A stretch of 64,000 bases of DNA from Chiloscyllium plagiosum (taxonomy: Eukaryota): contig NC_057718.1 of assembly GCF_004010195.1 (NCBI RefSeq), positions 70,167,382 through 70,231,381 of the forward strand, given 5' to 3'. The position numbers and the translations under genes were made by a program. The notes under the pieces are model-generated. The model ran no database searches. It was not told the DNA's origin and saw nothing but the letters and a program-made list of their open reading frames with translations. Positions 51,011-63,099 of the stretch are shown in pieces (position 1 is the stretch's first letter; every line of letters starts with the position of its first letter).

Positions 51011-53754
51011 TGAAATAACTCCATCAAGATCTGTATCTGGTAATCAAGTTACCCTTTATTTACTCATGCACAGTACATGATACTGACCTAGCTAGCACAG
51101 AGCCAGCTACTAGAGGGAACAGAACTCCTGACACTCCTGTTTATATCTTTCAGCCAGGGTTCCCTGATTGGACTAGGTTAACAGCCCCAGTCAGGGAACT
51201 CACATACTGTGAGGTGCACCGAGCTGACCTTGTTCCAATTGATACATCCCTACCCCTCTAAATCCTGGGATGCAGCCCCATTTGTTTTCCTGTAGCTTCT
51301 CCTAGACCATTTTTGCACCAGGTCCAATTCCTCAGACTCTGCCTCAGATTCTGGCATCATGTACCAGACTGTAGTCCACCTCTTGTGCCCAGATCGTCTC
51401 AGTCAAAACTCATCTTCTTCAAGTGGTAACAGCATCAAGGCTGTTACCACTTGTCAGAGGTTTCTTTGATGCTAAACGGAGGGGGAGAACCTTCAGGTAC
51501 TGACAGCCTTGCCAGATGTTCTGAGTGGCCAGGTATGTTTTGCTCCTGCCTTGCCTAGCCGAATTTTGTGCATCACAGGACCCAATTTCATGTTGACCAT
51601 GCAAATTACCCATGCAGATCCATTCCCATGGTTTTAACACCAAACTTCATCCCTGAAGTAAACTGCCTCTCCCATTTAAAGGAGTCTTATGGCTAGCAAT
51701 GGCATTGCTGTTGGCATTTCAACCCCTACCAACCCAGCCGCACTCACGAATGATCAAATTTAACGTAGTGCGGAGTCTTCACCCCATTAGCAACTCTGCT
51801 GGAACTGTCCCTGTAGCTGCATGAGGGTTGGTCCTATGATCAAACAGGAATTGGAACAGTTTGGTATTGAGTGAAGCTGTAGGCTGTTTCTTTCAGCCTG
51901 CCTTCAAAGTTTGGATAGTTCTTTCTGCCAGATTTCTTAAGCTCGTCAAAAATCCCGATATACATTCGAGCTGTAGAGTAAAATTGATAGCGTCTCAAAA
52001 TTAGAAGACGCTTGGTTAGCTAAATGTGCCAACTCTTGAAAAGTTTTAGTATCTGGTACTTCCAGAAAAGTTAGGCTCCTAATAACCAAACAAGCAGTCA
52101 GGAAAATTACTGGTTGCTTTTCATCTGCCCCAATATCATTTGCCCATTTTGGACCTACTCTTTGATTGCAGGATCAAAAGAGTCAAAGCTCACAAATAGT
52201 GGCATAATGCCAGAAATATTTATCCCAATTCAAAGACAACTGTTGTGAGGGAATCTCTTCAGGGCCATGTTTGTGTCTCATCACCACTGAAATAACTCCA
52301 CAAAGGCTGATATCCCATTACCAAGTCACCTTTTATTTATACGTATGGAGTTCATGACACTGACCCAGCCAGCACAGAGCAGGCTCCTAGAGTGAATAGG
52401 AACCCTGACTCTCCTGTTTTTTTTCCCGTTTATAATATTTTATGAAATACACAGTTTACAAAACAATTAACATTAACAGCTGTATACAAAGAAACAGCAA
52501 TTTTACAAGGGAGAGGAATGGAAAAGCCAGACCCCAAACCTTAATGTTCAACCAGTTTTCAGGGAAATGAGGACAAACCTCAAATCCCAGTTTCAATCAT
52601 TACAAACAGTAACAATGACATTTGTAGATATAAGACAGTCACGTAATACTGACCCCAAGCAATCCAGCAAACTCCCCGTTCCTCCCACTTGCTGGCCACT
52701 CTAAGACAACCTGACCCTACACACCTTCTGGCTCTCGGTCCACCTCATGTCTCTTCCAGTTCTTGGTCTGCCCTGACACACCTTCCAACCCACCTCTATA
52801 GCGGACCATTCTGCTTCCCCACCCCCCACCCCACCCCCGCACCCCCCAGGATGGCAGCGATCAGGATGGCCTACCCACCTTCCGGCTTCCCTAACCGCCC
52901 TTAGCACCTTCCAGCCACCTCTAGGACAGCCTACCCTGGTACGCACCTGGGGTGACGGTGCTGAGGATGGCCTACCCGTTTTCCAGCTACTCTCCTGTTT
53001 TTTTTATTCAAGACAACATTTATTATTTAATTATACAAAATATGGAAACATTTAATTAAGGAAACAGCTCGTCATACAATAACTTCCAAACAAAACAAAA
53101 ATCTCAATCTATTTAATTCTCATTCATATAGCAGCATTATTTTAAACAATTGTGGCCAGTAAGGTTACATTTTTAAAAATGAGAAATCTGAAGTCACAGT
53201 ACTGAAGCAGTATTTGGGATTCAGGAACAGATATATACTCTCCTGTTTTTTTTGTAGAGTCCTTGTCACTGATTCAGCTCCCTCAGAGCCAGCTCTCAGA
53301 GTGAACAAAACCTCTGACACTTTTGTTCTTTTTTTTCTTTTCACACTGATCCAGCTCCCTCAGAGGCAGGTCTCAGAGTGAACAGAACATCTGACACTCC
53401 TGTTACTCTCCTGTTTATTTTTTTTTTATTTTATTAAACAAATTACAAACCAGTTTAAATCTCCTGCTTATTTTTTTTTTTTTTTCTCCTGGTTATATTT
53501 TATTAAACAAATTACAAAACAATTTACAAAAAACATTTTTTTTTAACCCCCACACTACCCCCTAAGTGCGGTAGTGCTTATTTTAAATCTCCTGTTTATT
53601 TTTTTTTATTTTATTAAACAAATTACAAACCAGTTTAAATCTCCTGTTTATATCTGTCATCCAGTGTTCCCTGATTGGACCAGCTTAACATCCCCCAATC
53701 ACAAAATTCATATTCTGTGATCTCCACCTGGCTGATCTCCTTCCAATCACTACA
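51011..53754 (-). mobile_element. Internally deleted Mag-type Gypsy element with 5-bp TSD; 3' LTR 51011-51246, 5' LTR 52288-53754 expanded by stacked insertions
   Basis: TSD GTAGG at 51006-51010 and 53755-53759; LTR termini TGAAAT...TACA; PPT at 51247-51259; CpG-decayed PBS GTGGTGATGAG; integrase-end and gag-start remnants; LTRs homologous to 38561-38791. Confidence 0.9.
52408..53650 (-). repeat. Array of at least seven poly(A)-tailed inserts separated by repeated target (AC)TCTCCTGTTT(A)
   Basis: Target copies at 52408, 52989, 53237, 53405, 53460, 53485, 53588 and 53640; the first seven are followed by T-rich runs. Confidence 0.85.
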
Positions 53755-56612
53755 GTAGGAATCAGTGATAGTATAGCATTAAATATATTGCCACATAAAA
53801 GAATTAGTAGTTTTAATTAATAATTTATTACACCTAATAGGGATTACGCCTCACTGGAGTAGTGTGTTGGAAATGAAGCAATGCTATTCTCAGAGTCAAT
53901 TATTTAAAAAAATTGCAGAATTATTCAATGACCTTGGCTTTCAGACTCAGGTTGATAGAAAGCATAGACCAGGTTACTAAACAAGAATTACGACTTATTA
54001 TAAATAAATAAACACTAGCTACGGGCAAACTATTATAATCCATTGGCATAAAATTCTCCTCATTAAAACTCAAACTCCCTTTATAAATTCCCCCTTATAA
54101 ACTCCCTCTTACACACTGAAACCAACACAGACAGAAGAAAATGCATGGCATTATAGGTGGAAAGAAATATTAAGAAAGTAATTCAGTGGTTTCTGTTCAC
54201 AGGATCTGCTGAGTGATTCTTCTACTATTCACAACACAGTTTTTTGGTCTTCATTTTCCAGATGTTTTATTGAGTTACACGAGACACAGGGTGTCTGGTT
54301 AACTCTTATAAAAAGTCTCTGACTTGTTAACTAAAAGTAAAACCTTGCAGCAACTGCTGAGGGATTTTTTTTTCCCTTCAGACATAAAACAGATTTTGCT
54401 CCAGAGAGAGCTTCTGAACTGATAGAAATCTGATGGCTTCTCATCATCTTATTCACAGGCACAAGCTGATCAACTAATTGGGAACCAATACACAGCTGTT
54501 AGCAGGCAGAAGGCCCTTGTCATCAATAACTGATCACTTGTCCACAAAACAATTAGCTCCTTGTTGCCAGCGGAACCTCCATTTGTATAAACCCTTGGCT
54601 ACAGCTTGCCTGCACCTTCATCTACTACTGCTAGAACCAGCAGCTGTGCAAACAGTACTTACAATGAATGTCAGGTTACTTGCTTTCAAAGCATGGAAAA
54701 ATCATTCAGCAATCCTCAGTTTTTAAAACAGCTCTTTTCCTATTCAGTCCACAATGAAAAAATAGAAAAATGAAAAGCATAGACTTTACAACTGCAATTC
54801 ATTTAATTTCATTTCAATATAATACATAGGTTGAGCAAAGATCTATTTTCTACAATGTAGGAATAGATTTGTTTCCAGAATTCAATTATGAAATTTGAAT
54901 TTACCTTTGGCTTTGTCAGCTTTATTTCCTTGAGAATTAGAATAACACAGTTGTACCACATTAGATGGCTAATTTTAGGCAAATATTTCAAGTTGTGCTA
55001 ACTATTTGTAATGAGTTTAACTACATTGTTTGACTTGAAAGTGTGGAAACAGCATATCTGTGGGAGATGCTAAATGTCTTTGAATTACAGTTAAATCAGA
55101 TCTTTGAATAATTATTGCAATAACAAAATGAACCAGTGAAAAGCAATCCTTTAGCTGCAGTCAACTGAATTGCACACATGGGATAGGAAAGAATGTTTCT
55201 TCTAAAATACTATATATTTTTCTGATTCAAAGTTCAATAGCCTAACAGGATCAAAACTGTTGATCACTAAAGATTACCAAACAGAAGCTGCAAAAAATTG
55301 GGTGCAGTGCTGGAGTTATAGGTTTCCGAACCCTTGGAGCATTGGCCACTCCTACTCAGAGATTCCTTTCAGTCCATTAATCCTGCGCTGCCATTCAATT
55401 AGATCATGGCTAATCATCTACCTCAATGTCACTTTCATACACTATCTTCATATTACTCTCCAGAAACCTAATGATTTATATCATGAACCTACTCGTAATT
55501 AAACTTCCAAAGCCTCTAGGGTAGAGAATTCGTTTCTATACTTATCATCCAGAAATGTGGCTGAGATCTTGCAGGAGTTGTTGGTAATGTTTGATGTACT
55601 GTGGACAACAGATTGTCTGTGTCTCACTGTGCGTCTGTCCTTCAATGTACAGAAAGAGAAAAATACTTTTTCTTTCAATTACTCATTGCAATGTCCCAAA
55701 AATAGAAATAGTGGTTAACAGTCCTGTGCAGTCACATGACTGAGCTTATTGTGAAACAAAGCAAAGCTTGGAAACTTAAATTGCATAACAAACAGGAAAG
55801 GCAAATAATGTTTGCAGTTTTTGTAAAGTTGTTTTGTAGCTACTGAATTTTGTAAAATATTGACTTCAATATTTTGCTAATTATCAATGCTATGCAGAGA
55901 AAGGAGAAGTGAAACGCTGGCAAATTTTTCTTGAGGGTACATGTTGTTCTGAGTGAAAATGGAAAAGGAAACCAGAGGTAAGATGGCACACATGATTGGT
56001 TTTTCTATGAAATTCAACCAGATAAATAGTCACTGTGGCTTGGCACAAGTTTTGAAACATTTCCTGTGTCTTTCACCATGCTCAAACTTGTACAGTTTCA
56101 GTTTGAAAAAGATGCATTGCAGTTGAAAATTGGTTAACAAAAACCTTTGCTTTGTTGCAGAACTGATAATAAGAATCATAGGTTGTACAATCATAGATAT
56201 TTTTTCCCATAAGAAACAGTTTTTAATTTGTCTGTGGATTCAATTTCCAATTTGTATAAGTGCAGTAAACATTTCCAGCTCTTCTTGCCTAGACTCGTAA
56301 TCATGGAGTATAGAAAATGCCCTTCAGCCTAAAAACATCTGAACTGCCAAAAGAATCATGACCTAAATTAAACCCTCTTTCCTGCACCAGGACCACAGCA
56401 TTGAATATTATGGCTCTTCAAGACTTCACTGAAGTACTTTTTATGGTTGTGAGGTTCCTGCCTTAACTACTCTCATAGACAATGCATTCCAGTCACACAC
56501 CGCCCGGATGAAAAGACATCTACCTCAAATTCCCTCTAAAACCTCCTTCTCTCACTTTAAAATTTTTCCCCTTTATTATTGGCACTTTGACTAAGGGACA
56601 ATGGCTTTCTAT

Positions 56613-57594
56613 TGTTATGAAGTTGAAGGTGTATATTATACCTTTAAGAGAGTATGAAGGCTGTTTTGACAGTGAGATTTAACGGATAAAGTATAGATAT
56701 GATTGAATTATAGATATGATTGTTATATGTATGTGTATTTCATTGTAATGGAGTTAAGAATTAGAAAAAAAAGAAGCCACCTTTTCATTGTGTTGGTTCT
56801 TTGTTCCTTAAGAGGGGAGGTATTACAAAATTGAAGGCGTGTTCTCTACTTTTAAGAGAGAGTGAAAGATGTTTTAGCAGTGAGAATTTGCAGGCAACTG
56901 TCATGTAACTGACTAGCAGTCTCGGAGTATACTGGAAAATTGAAAATATGTAACATTTGGCTGTAAACTAGATACTTCAGCTTTTTTGACTATCATGTGA
57001 ATTTAATCAATCGGTTTAACTTATGCCCCAGGATACAAAAATCCAACTGAATTTGAATTTTATTGGTTTGAGAACATCGAACCAATGAGACAATCCGTTG
57101 TTTTGGGTATACATAAGCCGGCATTTTGAGAGTTAGCCAGAAACAGAGTGACAATCTGCCATCTACAGAGACTGCCATTGAAAATACTCTCCATCAAAGG
57201 TACCTTTCTCATATGAAACATCTTTACAGCAAAATACCAAAGATGGCCCTGGGAAATCTGTAGCTAAATGAAGACAAATGCCAATGATGACAGCTGCTGT
57301 CCGGTTTTGAACAATTAAGTTGATGTAATTTTAATAGGGGCTTTTATTGGATCAGTATATTGTTATAGAGTTGGAGGTAGATAACAGAACTTTAAGAGAA
57401 AAGAGGCTTGGATTTGTAAATAGTTGTTGTTTAATGTTCACATTTAGAGTTAAAAAATAAATTGATTCTGTTTTCTTTAAATAGTGGAATTTGGGAGTTC
57501 TCTGTCACTCATACTTTAACAGATTATGAGGTGAGGTAAACTTTTCTGGCTGTTTGGTTTAATTAGCAGAAGGGTTCACTGTCGTGTGTTAACA
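56613..57594 (+). mobile_element. Gmr1-like LTR remnant (truncated 5' LTR, PPT, 3' LTR), same family as 29585-30336
   Basis: TGTTATGA...TTAACA termini, 4-bp TSD CTAT at 56609 and 57595, AAGAGGGGAGG PPT before 56820; inserted in a minus-strand CR1 tail. Confidence 0.85.
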
Positions 57595-58232
57595 CTATAC
57601 ACCCTGTCCATGCCCCATTTAATCTCATCAGGACATGTCTCATGCTTCAATGTTCCAAATAAAACAACCGAGCTTTCCAGAATCTCTGAAATGCTTCATC
57701 CCAGGCAACATCCTGATGAATTCGTCTTTGCACTTTCTTCATTGCAATCACATCTTTCTTTAGTGTGGTGACCAGAACAGTGCAGAGCATTCCTGAGACC
57801 ATACTCTTCATTATCAACAACACCGCCAATTCTTATATCATCTGCAATCATACTAATTATACCTTTTACAATCACATCCAAGCTGTTAATGTACATAACA
57901 AACACCAAAATTCCTGATTTGGAGATGCTGGTGTTGGACTGGGGTGTACCTAACCAAAGTTTTTTCTATAGCTCTAATAAAATCTCCCTGCTCTTATAAT
58001 CTATGTCACGACCAATAAGGCAAGGACCTGTACACCTTATAACTATGTTATTAACTTCTCTTGCCACCTTCAGGGATCTGTGGACAAGCACCCCAATATC
58101 TCTTTGTTTCTCTGATCTTCCTAGCATCCTGCTATTCAATTAGTATTCCCTTGGCAGCAGTGTAGATTAAAGGTCAATGACTTACACCTATAACCAATGG
58201 TGTACCACAGGATTCCGTATGAGGAATTTTGC

Positions 58233-58407
58233 TAAGTTAAAAATTAGTTTTCAGAGTGCTGCTCCTTCATCAGGTGGTTGTGGACCACGTGATGAAGAAG
58301 CAGCACTCCGAAAACCAGTGCTTCCAATTAAACCTGTTGGACTATAACCCGGTGTTTTGTGATTGTTAACTTCGTACACCCCAGTCCAACACCAGCATCT
58401 CCAGATC
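58233..58407. mobile_element. Third, partly deleted palindromic hammerhead mini-element
   Basis: CTCCTTCATCAGGTGG / CCACGTGATGAAGAAG arms and GTACACCCCAGTCCAACACCAGCATCTCC end. Confidence 0.7.
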
Positions 58408-59600
58408 AGGAATTTTGGTGTTTGTTATGTACATTAACAGCTTGAATGTGATTGTAAAAGGTATAATTAGTATGATTGCAGATGATATAAGAATTGACGG
58501 TGGTGTTGATAATGAAGAGTATGGTCTCAGGCTACAGTCTTATATTGATCAGCTAGTAAATTGGGCACAGCAATGGTGGATGGAATTGTGATAGTGTGAG
58601 ATGTTGCACTTTAGGAGATCTAATAAAGGAGGGTTATGCACAATGAATGGTAGTACTGAGGAATTTGGAGTGGCACAGTGGCTCAGTGGTTAGCACTACT
58701 GCCTCACAGCACCAGGGTCCTAGGTTCGATTCCAGCCTTGGGTGACTGTGCAAACTCCCACAGACATTCTCCCTGTGTCTGTGTGGGTTTCCTCCGGGTG
58801 CTGCGGTTTCCCCACAGTCCAAAGATGCGCAGGTTAGGTGAATTGGCCATGTATAGTGTTAGATGCATTAGTCTGATGGAAATGGGTCTGGGTGAGTTAC
58901 TCTTCCAATGGGTCGGTGTGACTTGTTGGGCTGAAGGGCCTGTTCCCACATTGTAGGGATTCTAATCTAATCTAATCTAACAAAGGGATATGGTGTATAA
59001 GTCCACAGATCCCTGAAAGGTGTCCACAAAGATTGACAGGTTAGTGAAGAAGGCATATGAGGTATTCGCCTTCATTAGACAGAGCATAGAATATAGCAGC
59101 AGGGAAGTCTTGTTGCAACTTCATAAAATTTTGATTAAGCCACAGAAAGAATACAGCATGCAGTCCTGGTTGCCACACTATCAGAAAGAGAGGGTGCAGA
59201 AGGACATTCAACAGGATGTTACCTGGGATGGAATGCTTCAGTTATGAGGAGAGACGGGTTAGACTGGGTTTGATTTCCTTGGAGCAGTGGTGGCCGAGGG
59301 GGTATCTGAATGAGATATACAAAATTATGAACAGAATACTCTGGGTAGATCATGAGAATCTTTTTTTCCATGGCAGACATGTCTCAGACCAGAAAGCATA
59401 AGTTTAGTGGAAATCTGAAGAGCAAGGTTTTCATCCAGAGGTTGATAGACATAGTTAATATGCTGCTTGAGAGGCAGATACTTTTGCAACATGTAAAAAG
59501 CATCTACATGATCACCTAATAGTTTTGTGTTCATTGATCAGCATAAACATGATGAGCTGTAGGGCCTGTTTCTGTGTTGTGTGATTCTTTGACTTTGTGA
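58408..59600 (+). mobile_element. Decayed CR1 RT-to-3' fragment containing an HE1 SINE (58667-58980)
   Basis: IISMIADDIRI, LQSYIDQL, REVLLQLHKIL motifs; SINE head GTGGCACAGTGGCTCAGTGGTTAGC. Confidence 0.8.
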
Positions 59601-61330
59601 CCTTCTCCATTCTGCCAGGGTAAGTGCTACCATCTTTTTTCTGCTACCCCACACTCACTCCATCTCTGCTACTGCACACACCACTCATTAATGCATGCCA
59701 CATCCTGTCTCACTTTCTCTCACCCACTCAATGCCCCCATTAACCTTGCATGCCCTCTATGCTGCCTTCTTTCTCATTCAATTTGATTCTGGCCTATCAT
59801 TTACCTCAAAGTTATTTTCCTGCACTATCTCAAACCTCTTCATATCATTAGTCTCCAGAAACCTACTCATTTATATATTTAACCTCCTCCATGATTAAAC
59901 TTCCACAGCTCCAGGGTACAGAATTCCTGTCTATGAGGCTGGAATCTTGCTTGAGTTGTTGGTGATACTGGATGTACCTTGGACAGCAGATGAACTGTGC
60001 CTCACTGTCCTGCAATGTGTAGAAAGAGAAAATCCTTTTTCTTTCAAATATTCATTACAATGTTCCAAGAATAGAAATAGCAGTTAACTGTTCTGTATAG
60101 GCACATGACTGAGTTTATTTTAAACCAGAGCAAAGCTTGCAAATTTAAATTGCATCTCTCCACTTTTTACCCTACATGCACTGGCATTAACAGCAACTTT
60201 TTCTGAATCAATCGCTACCTTTGTCTTATTCCAGGAGAAAACAGCACAAAACGAACCAGGACAAGTGGTGGGCACCTGACATTCAGCTACTTATATCTTA
60301 CAAAAAGAGGATCTTGGTCCTTGCCAGCAAGGATTGGAATCAGTCCTATGGAGACAGAGACATCCATGTCCCAGCAGGAAAGTAAGACTGTACTGCCAAG
60401 ATTATGCTCTATTCCCAAATGTGGCCTACCTTGTTCAGGAACTGGGAAGACATCAGAGACCCAGAAAATACTCAAGGTCCATCTTCAGAAGGGAATGGAA
60501 GCAGGTTATCAGGAAGGATAACGCTTAGAGTATGGCCAAGAAGGAATAGACGTAGGGCGACACGGTGTCACAGTGGTTAGCACTGCTGCCTCACAGCACC
60601 AGGGACCCGGGTTCAATTCCTGACTCAGGCGACTGACTGTGTGGAGTTTGCACATTCTCCCCGTGTCTGCGTGGGTTTCCTCCGGGTGCTCCAGTTTCTT
60701 CCCACAGTCCAAAGATGTGCAGGTCAGGTGAATTGGCCATGCTAAATTGCCCGTAGTGTTAGGTAAAGGGGTAAATGTATGGGTGGGTTGCACTTCGACG
60801 GGTCGGTGTGGACTTGTTGGGCCGAAGGGCCTGTTTCCATACTGTAAGTAAGCTAATCTAATCTAAGTAGTGACACTAGAGTTGAAAGGTCAATACTATT
60901 GAATGCATCTTTATTTTATTTATTCAATTTGCCACAATACCAGCCTCCTTCACTGCTCAAAACTTCTGTCAATCACCACAACACTCCTCCTTAACACTTA
61001 GAATTCCTAATTAACATTCAGATATTTCACTCATCCTCATACATAAGCCAATGCTGCCAGCCTTACATAGCTCTTGCTGCTTCCACACACTTCCAGCTAT
61101 CCGGTGATGCCAGGTACATTAACTAAATGCATTGCTACGTAACTGCAGACACTTTTTCTTCTCCCGTTGGACAAGGTGACTCATAATAGAACAGAATAGA
61201 GCAGAATCAAAAGAGGACAATGATACCTGTATCTCCTAAGCACGAGGAAGGAGATAGTTCTCTGCATCATAGTATTAGCTGAAGGTATGTTTGCTCCTGC
61301 CTTCTGGCCCTTCTGAATTCACAGCTCAAT
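59600..61330 (+). mobile_element. Possible PIF/Harbinger Myb/SANT-gene remnants (interrupted)
   Basis: CCAGG|GTAAGT donor and TTCCAG|GAGAAAACAGCACAAAAC acceptor exon resembling Harbinger accessory genes; similar remnant on the minus strand near 27300-28220. Confidence 0.3.
60555..60866 (+). mobile_element. Young full-length HE1-type SINE
   Basis: tRNA-like A box and B box (GGTTCAATTCC), V-domain, CR1-derived tail, (CTAAT)n. Confidence 0.93.
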
Positions 61331-61379
61331 GTTATACTGTTATCTGGCATGAACAAGCTGAAGATGGTGTGTTCAAGAT

Positions 61380-62087
61380 CAGCAGTTGTGAAATTCAGGG
61401 ATCTAGGGGTTCAAGTACATAATTCTTTCAAGTTTGCATTACATATAGACAGGGTGATTAAAAAGGTGTTTAGCAAGCTTACCTTCATTGCTCAGTCCTT
61501 TGAGTATAAGAGTCAGGAAATCCTGTTGAAGTTGTGCAGGACATTGGTGAGGTCTTTTCTGGGCGTACTGGTCACCCATTTATAGGAAGGATATTATTAA
61601 GCTGGAGACAGTTCAAAAGAGATTTACTGGGATGTTGCTGGGTATGGAAGGTTTGAGTTGTAAAGAAAGATTGGATAGACTGGGACTTGTTTCACTGGAG
61701 TGTAGGAAGTTGAGAGGTGACTTGATGGAAGTTTATACAATCATGAGGAGTATTATAGGGTTAATGGTGGTTGTCATTTCCCTAGCTTGGGGGATTTCAA
61801 GATTAGGGGGCACATTTTTAGGTTGAGAAGAGAGCATTTTAAAAAAGACATGAGGCAAATATTTTACACATTGGGTGATTCACATGTAGAATGAACTTTC
61901 TGGGGGAGTAGTAGATGTGGGTACAACTACAACATTTAAAAGACATTTGGATAAGTATATGAATAAGAAAGGTTGAGAGAGATATGGACTAGGGGCAGGA
62001 AGATGAGATTATTTAGTTTGGGATTATGTTCAGCATGGACTGGTTGGACCAAACGGTCTGTTTCCATGTTGTATGACTCTATGACTC
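61380..62087 (+). mobile_element. CR1 3' fragment
   Basis: RDLGVQVHNS, ERLDRLGLVSLECRKLRGDLMEVY; (ATGACTCT)n tail. Confidence 0.85.
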
Positions 62088-62767
62088 TCACCCGATCCAA
62101 CTTCATTCACTCCTTAGCTCCTACTTTCAGACACCCAAGAACTGTCCAGCCACAGGAGCCCAGGAACAAGAAAGGGACAAAATCCTAGAACAGGAGAAAA
62201 GGCCCAATCACTTTGCTTTATGCCAGCAAATATCAGCTCAGACTTATACATGTTGGTGTTTGGTTAGCAATTGGGATCAGCGCATGTTAAAATGTGAGTG
62301 GTAGGCCAAGGATAAAGGAGAGTTCATTTGCCAGCTTACTTGAGGGAGAAGTGGCAGGTGAGCTCTGTTGAGGGGGACTCAGGATGATTTCAGTGAGGCA
62401 GCTTTGCAGGAAAGCAGTTAATGGCGATACATACTGAGATACTGGCTGCATTGAATGGCCTGCCAGACTGTCTCCCATCACTGTCAAGATCATAATTCTA
62501 ATTTGCTTTCTTTGCAACCTTTGATCCTTACGCCCAGTTGTGCTGCTTTAAGAGGCACTGCCTTTGCAGCAAAACTGTCTATGTGGTTGCCATTCAACTA
62601 AATTCAACAGCCGGGTTTAGGAGGACATCTTAAGACTAAGGATTCCTCTGAAGAATTATCATGTTTTCAAAAAAAAATGTCGCCACTGCTGCAAATCCTA
62701 CAACAGAATGACTATAGGCATGCTCCGGTATCCACATGAGTTGGATACTGACATTAGATTAAAACAG

Positions 62768-63053
62768 ATTCTGGATTAGAGTGGTGCTGCAAAAGCACAG
62801 CAGTTCAGGAAGCATCTAAAGAGCAGGAAAATCGATGTTTTGGGCAAAAGCCCTTCATCAGGAATACAGACACCTCCTCTCATTTATCTCTCCACCCTTC
62901 AGGCACTCTGTCTTTATTCCTGATGAAGGGCTTTTGCCCGAAATATCGATTTTCCTGCTCCTCGGTTGCTGCCTGAACTGCTGTGCTTTTCCAGCACCAC
63001 TCTAATCTAGAATCTGGTTTCCAGCATCTGCAGTCATTGTTTTTACCTAGTTG
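62768..63053. mobile_element. Inverted-repeat Penelope-like 3' fragment with hammerhead core
   Basis: Arms about 62765-62870 and 62910-63016; 11-bp TSD GATTAAAACAG at 62757 and 63054; CTGATGA-agggcttttgccc-GAAA. Confidence 0.85.
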
Positions 63054-63099
63054 GATTAAAACAGGCCCCATTGGAACCCCTGTCTTCCACCAGGAGATT

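Noticed and set aside
52408..53650. CRISPR-like repeat/spacer appearance
   Set aside because: Repeats are only 11-12 bp, spacers range from about 14 to 570 bp and begin with poly(T), the context is vertebrate and there are no cas genes; TSD stacking explains it better.
53830..54790. Possible solo LTR (also about 18650-20185)
   Set aside because: Composition is LTR-like but I could not fix termini or a TSD.
60555..60630. tRNA gene
   Set aside because: It is the tRNA-derived head of an HE1-type SINE, followed directly by SINE body.
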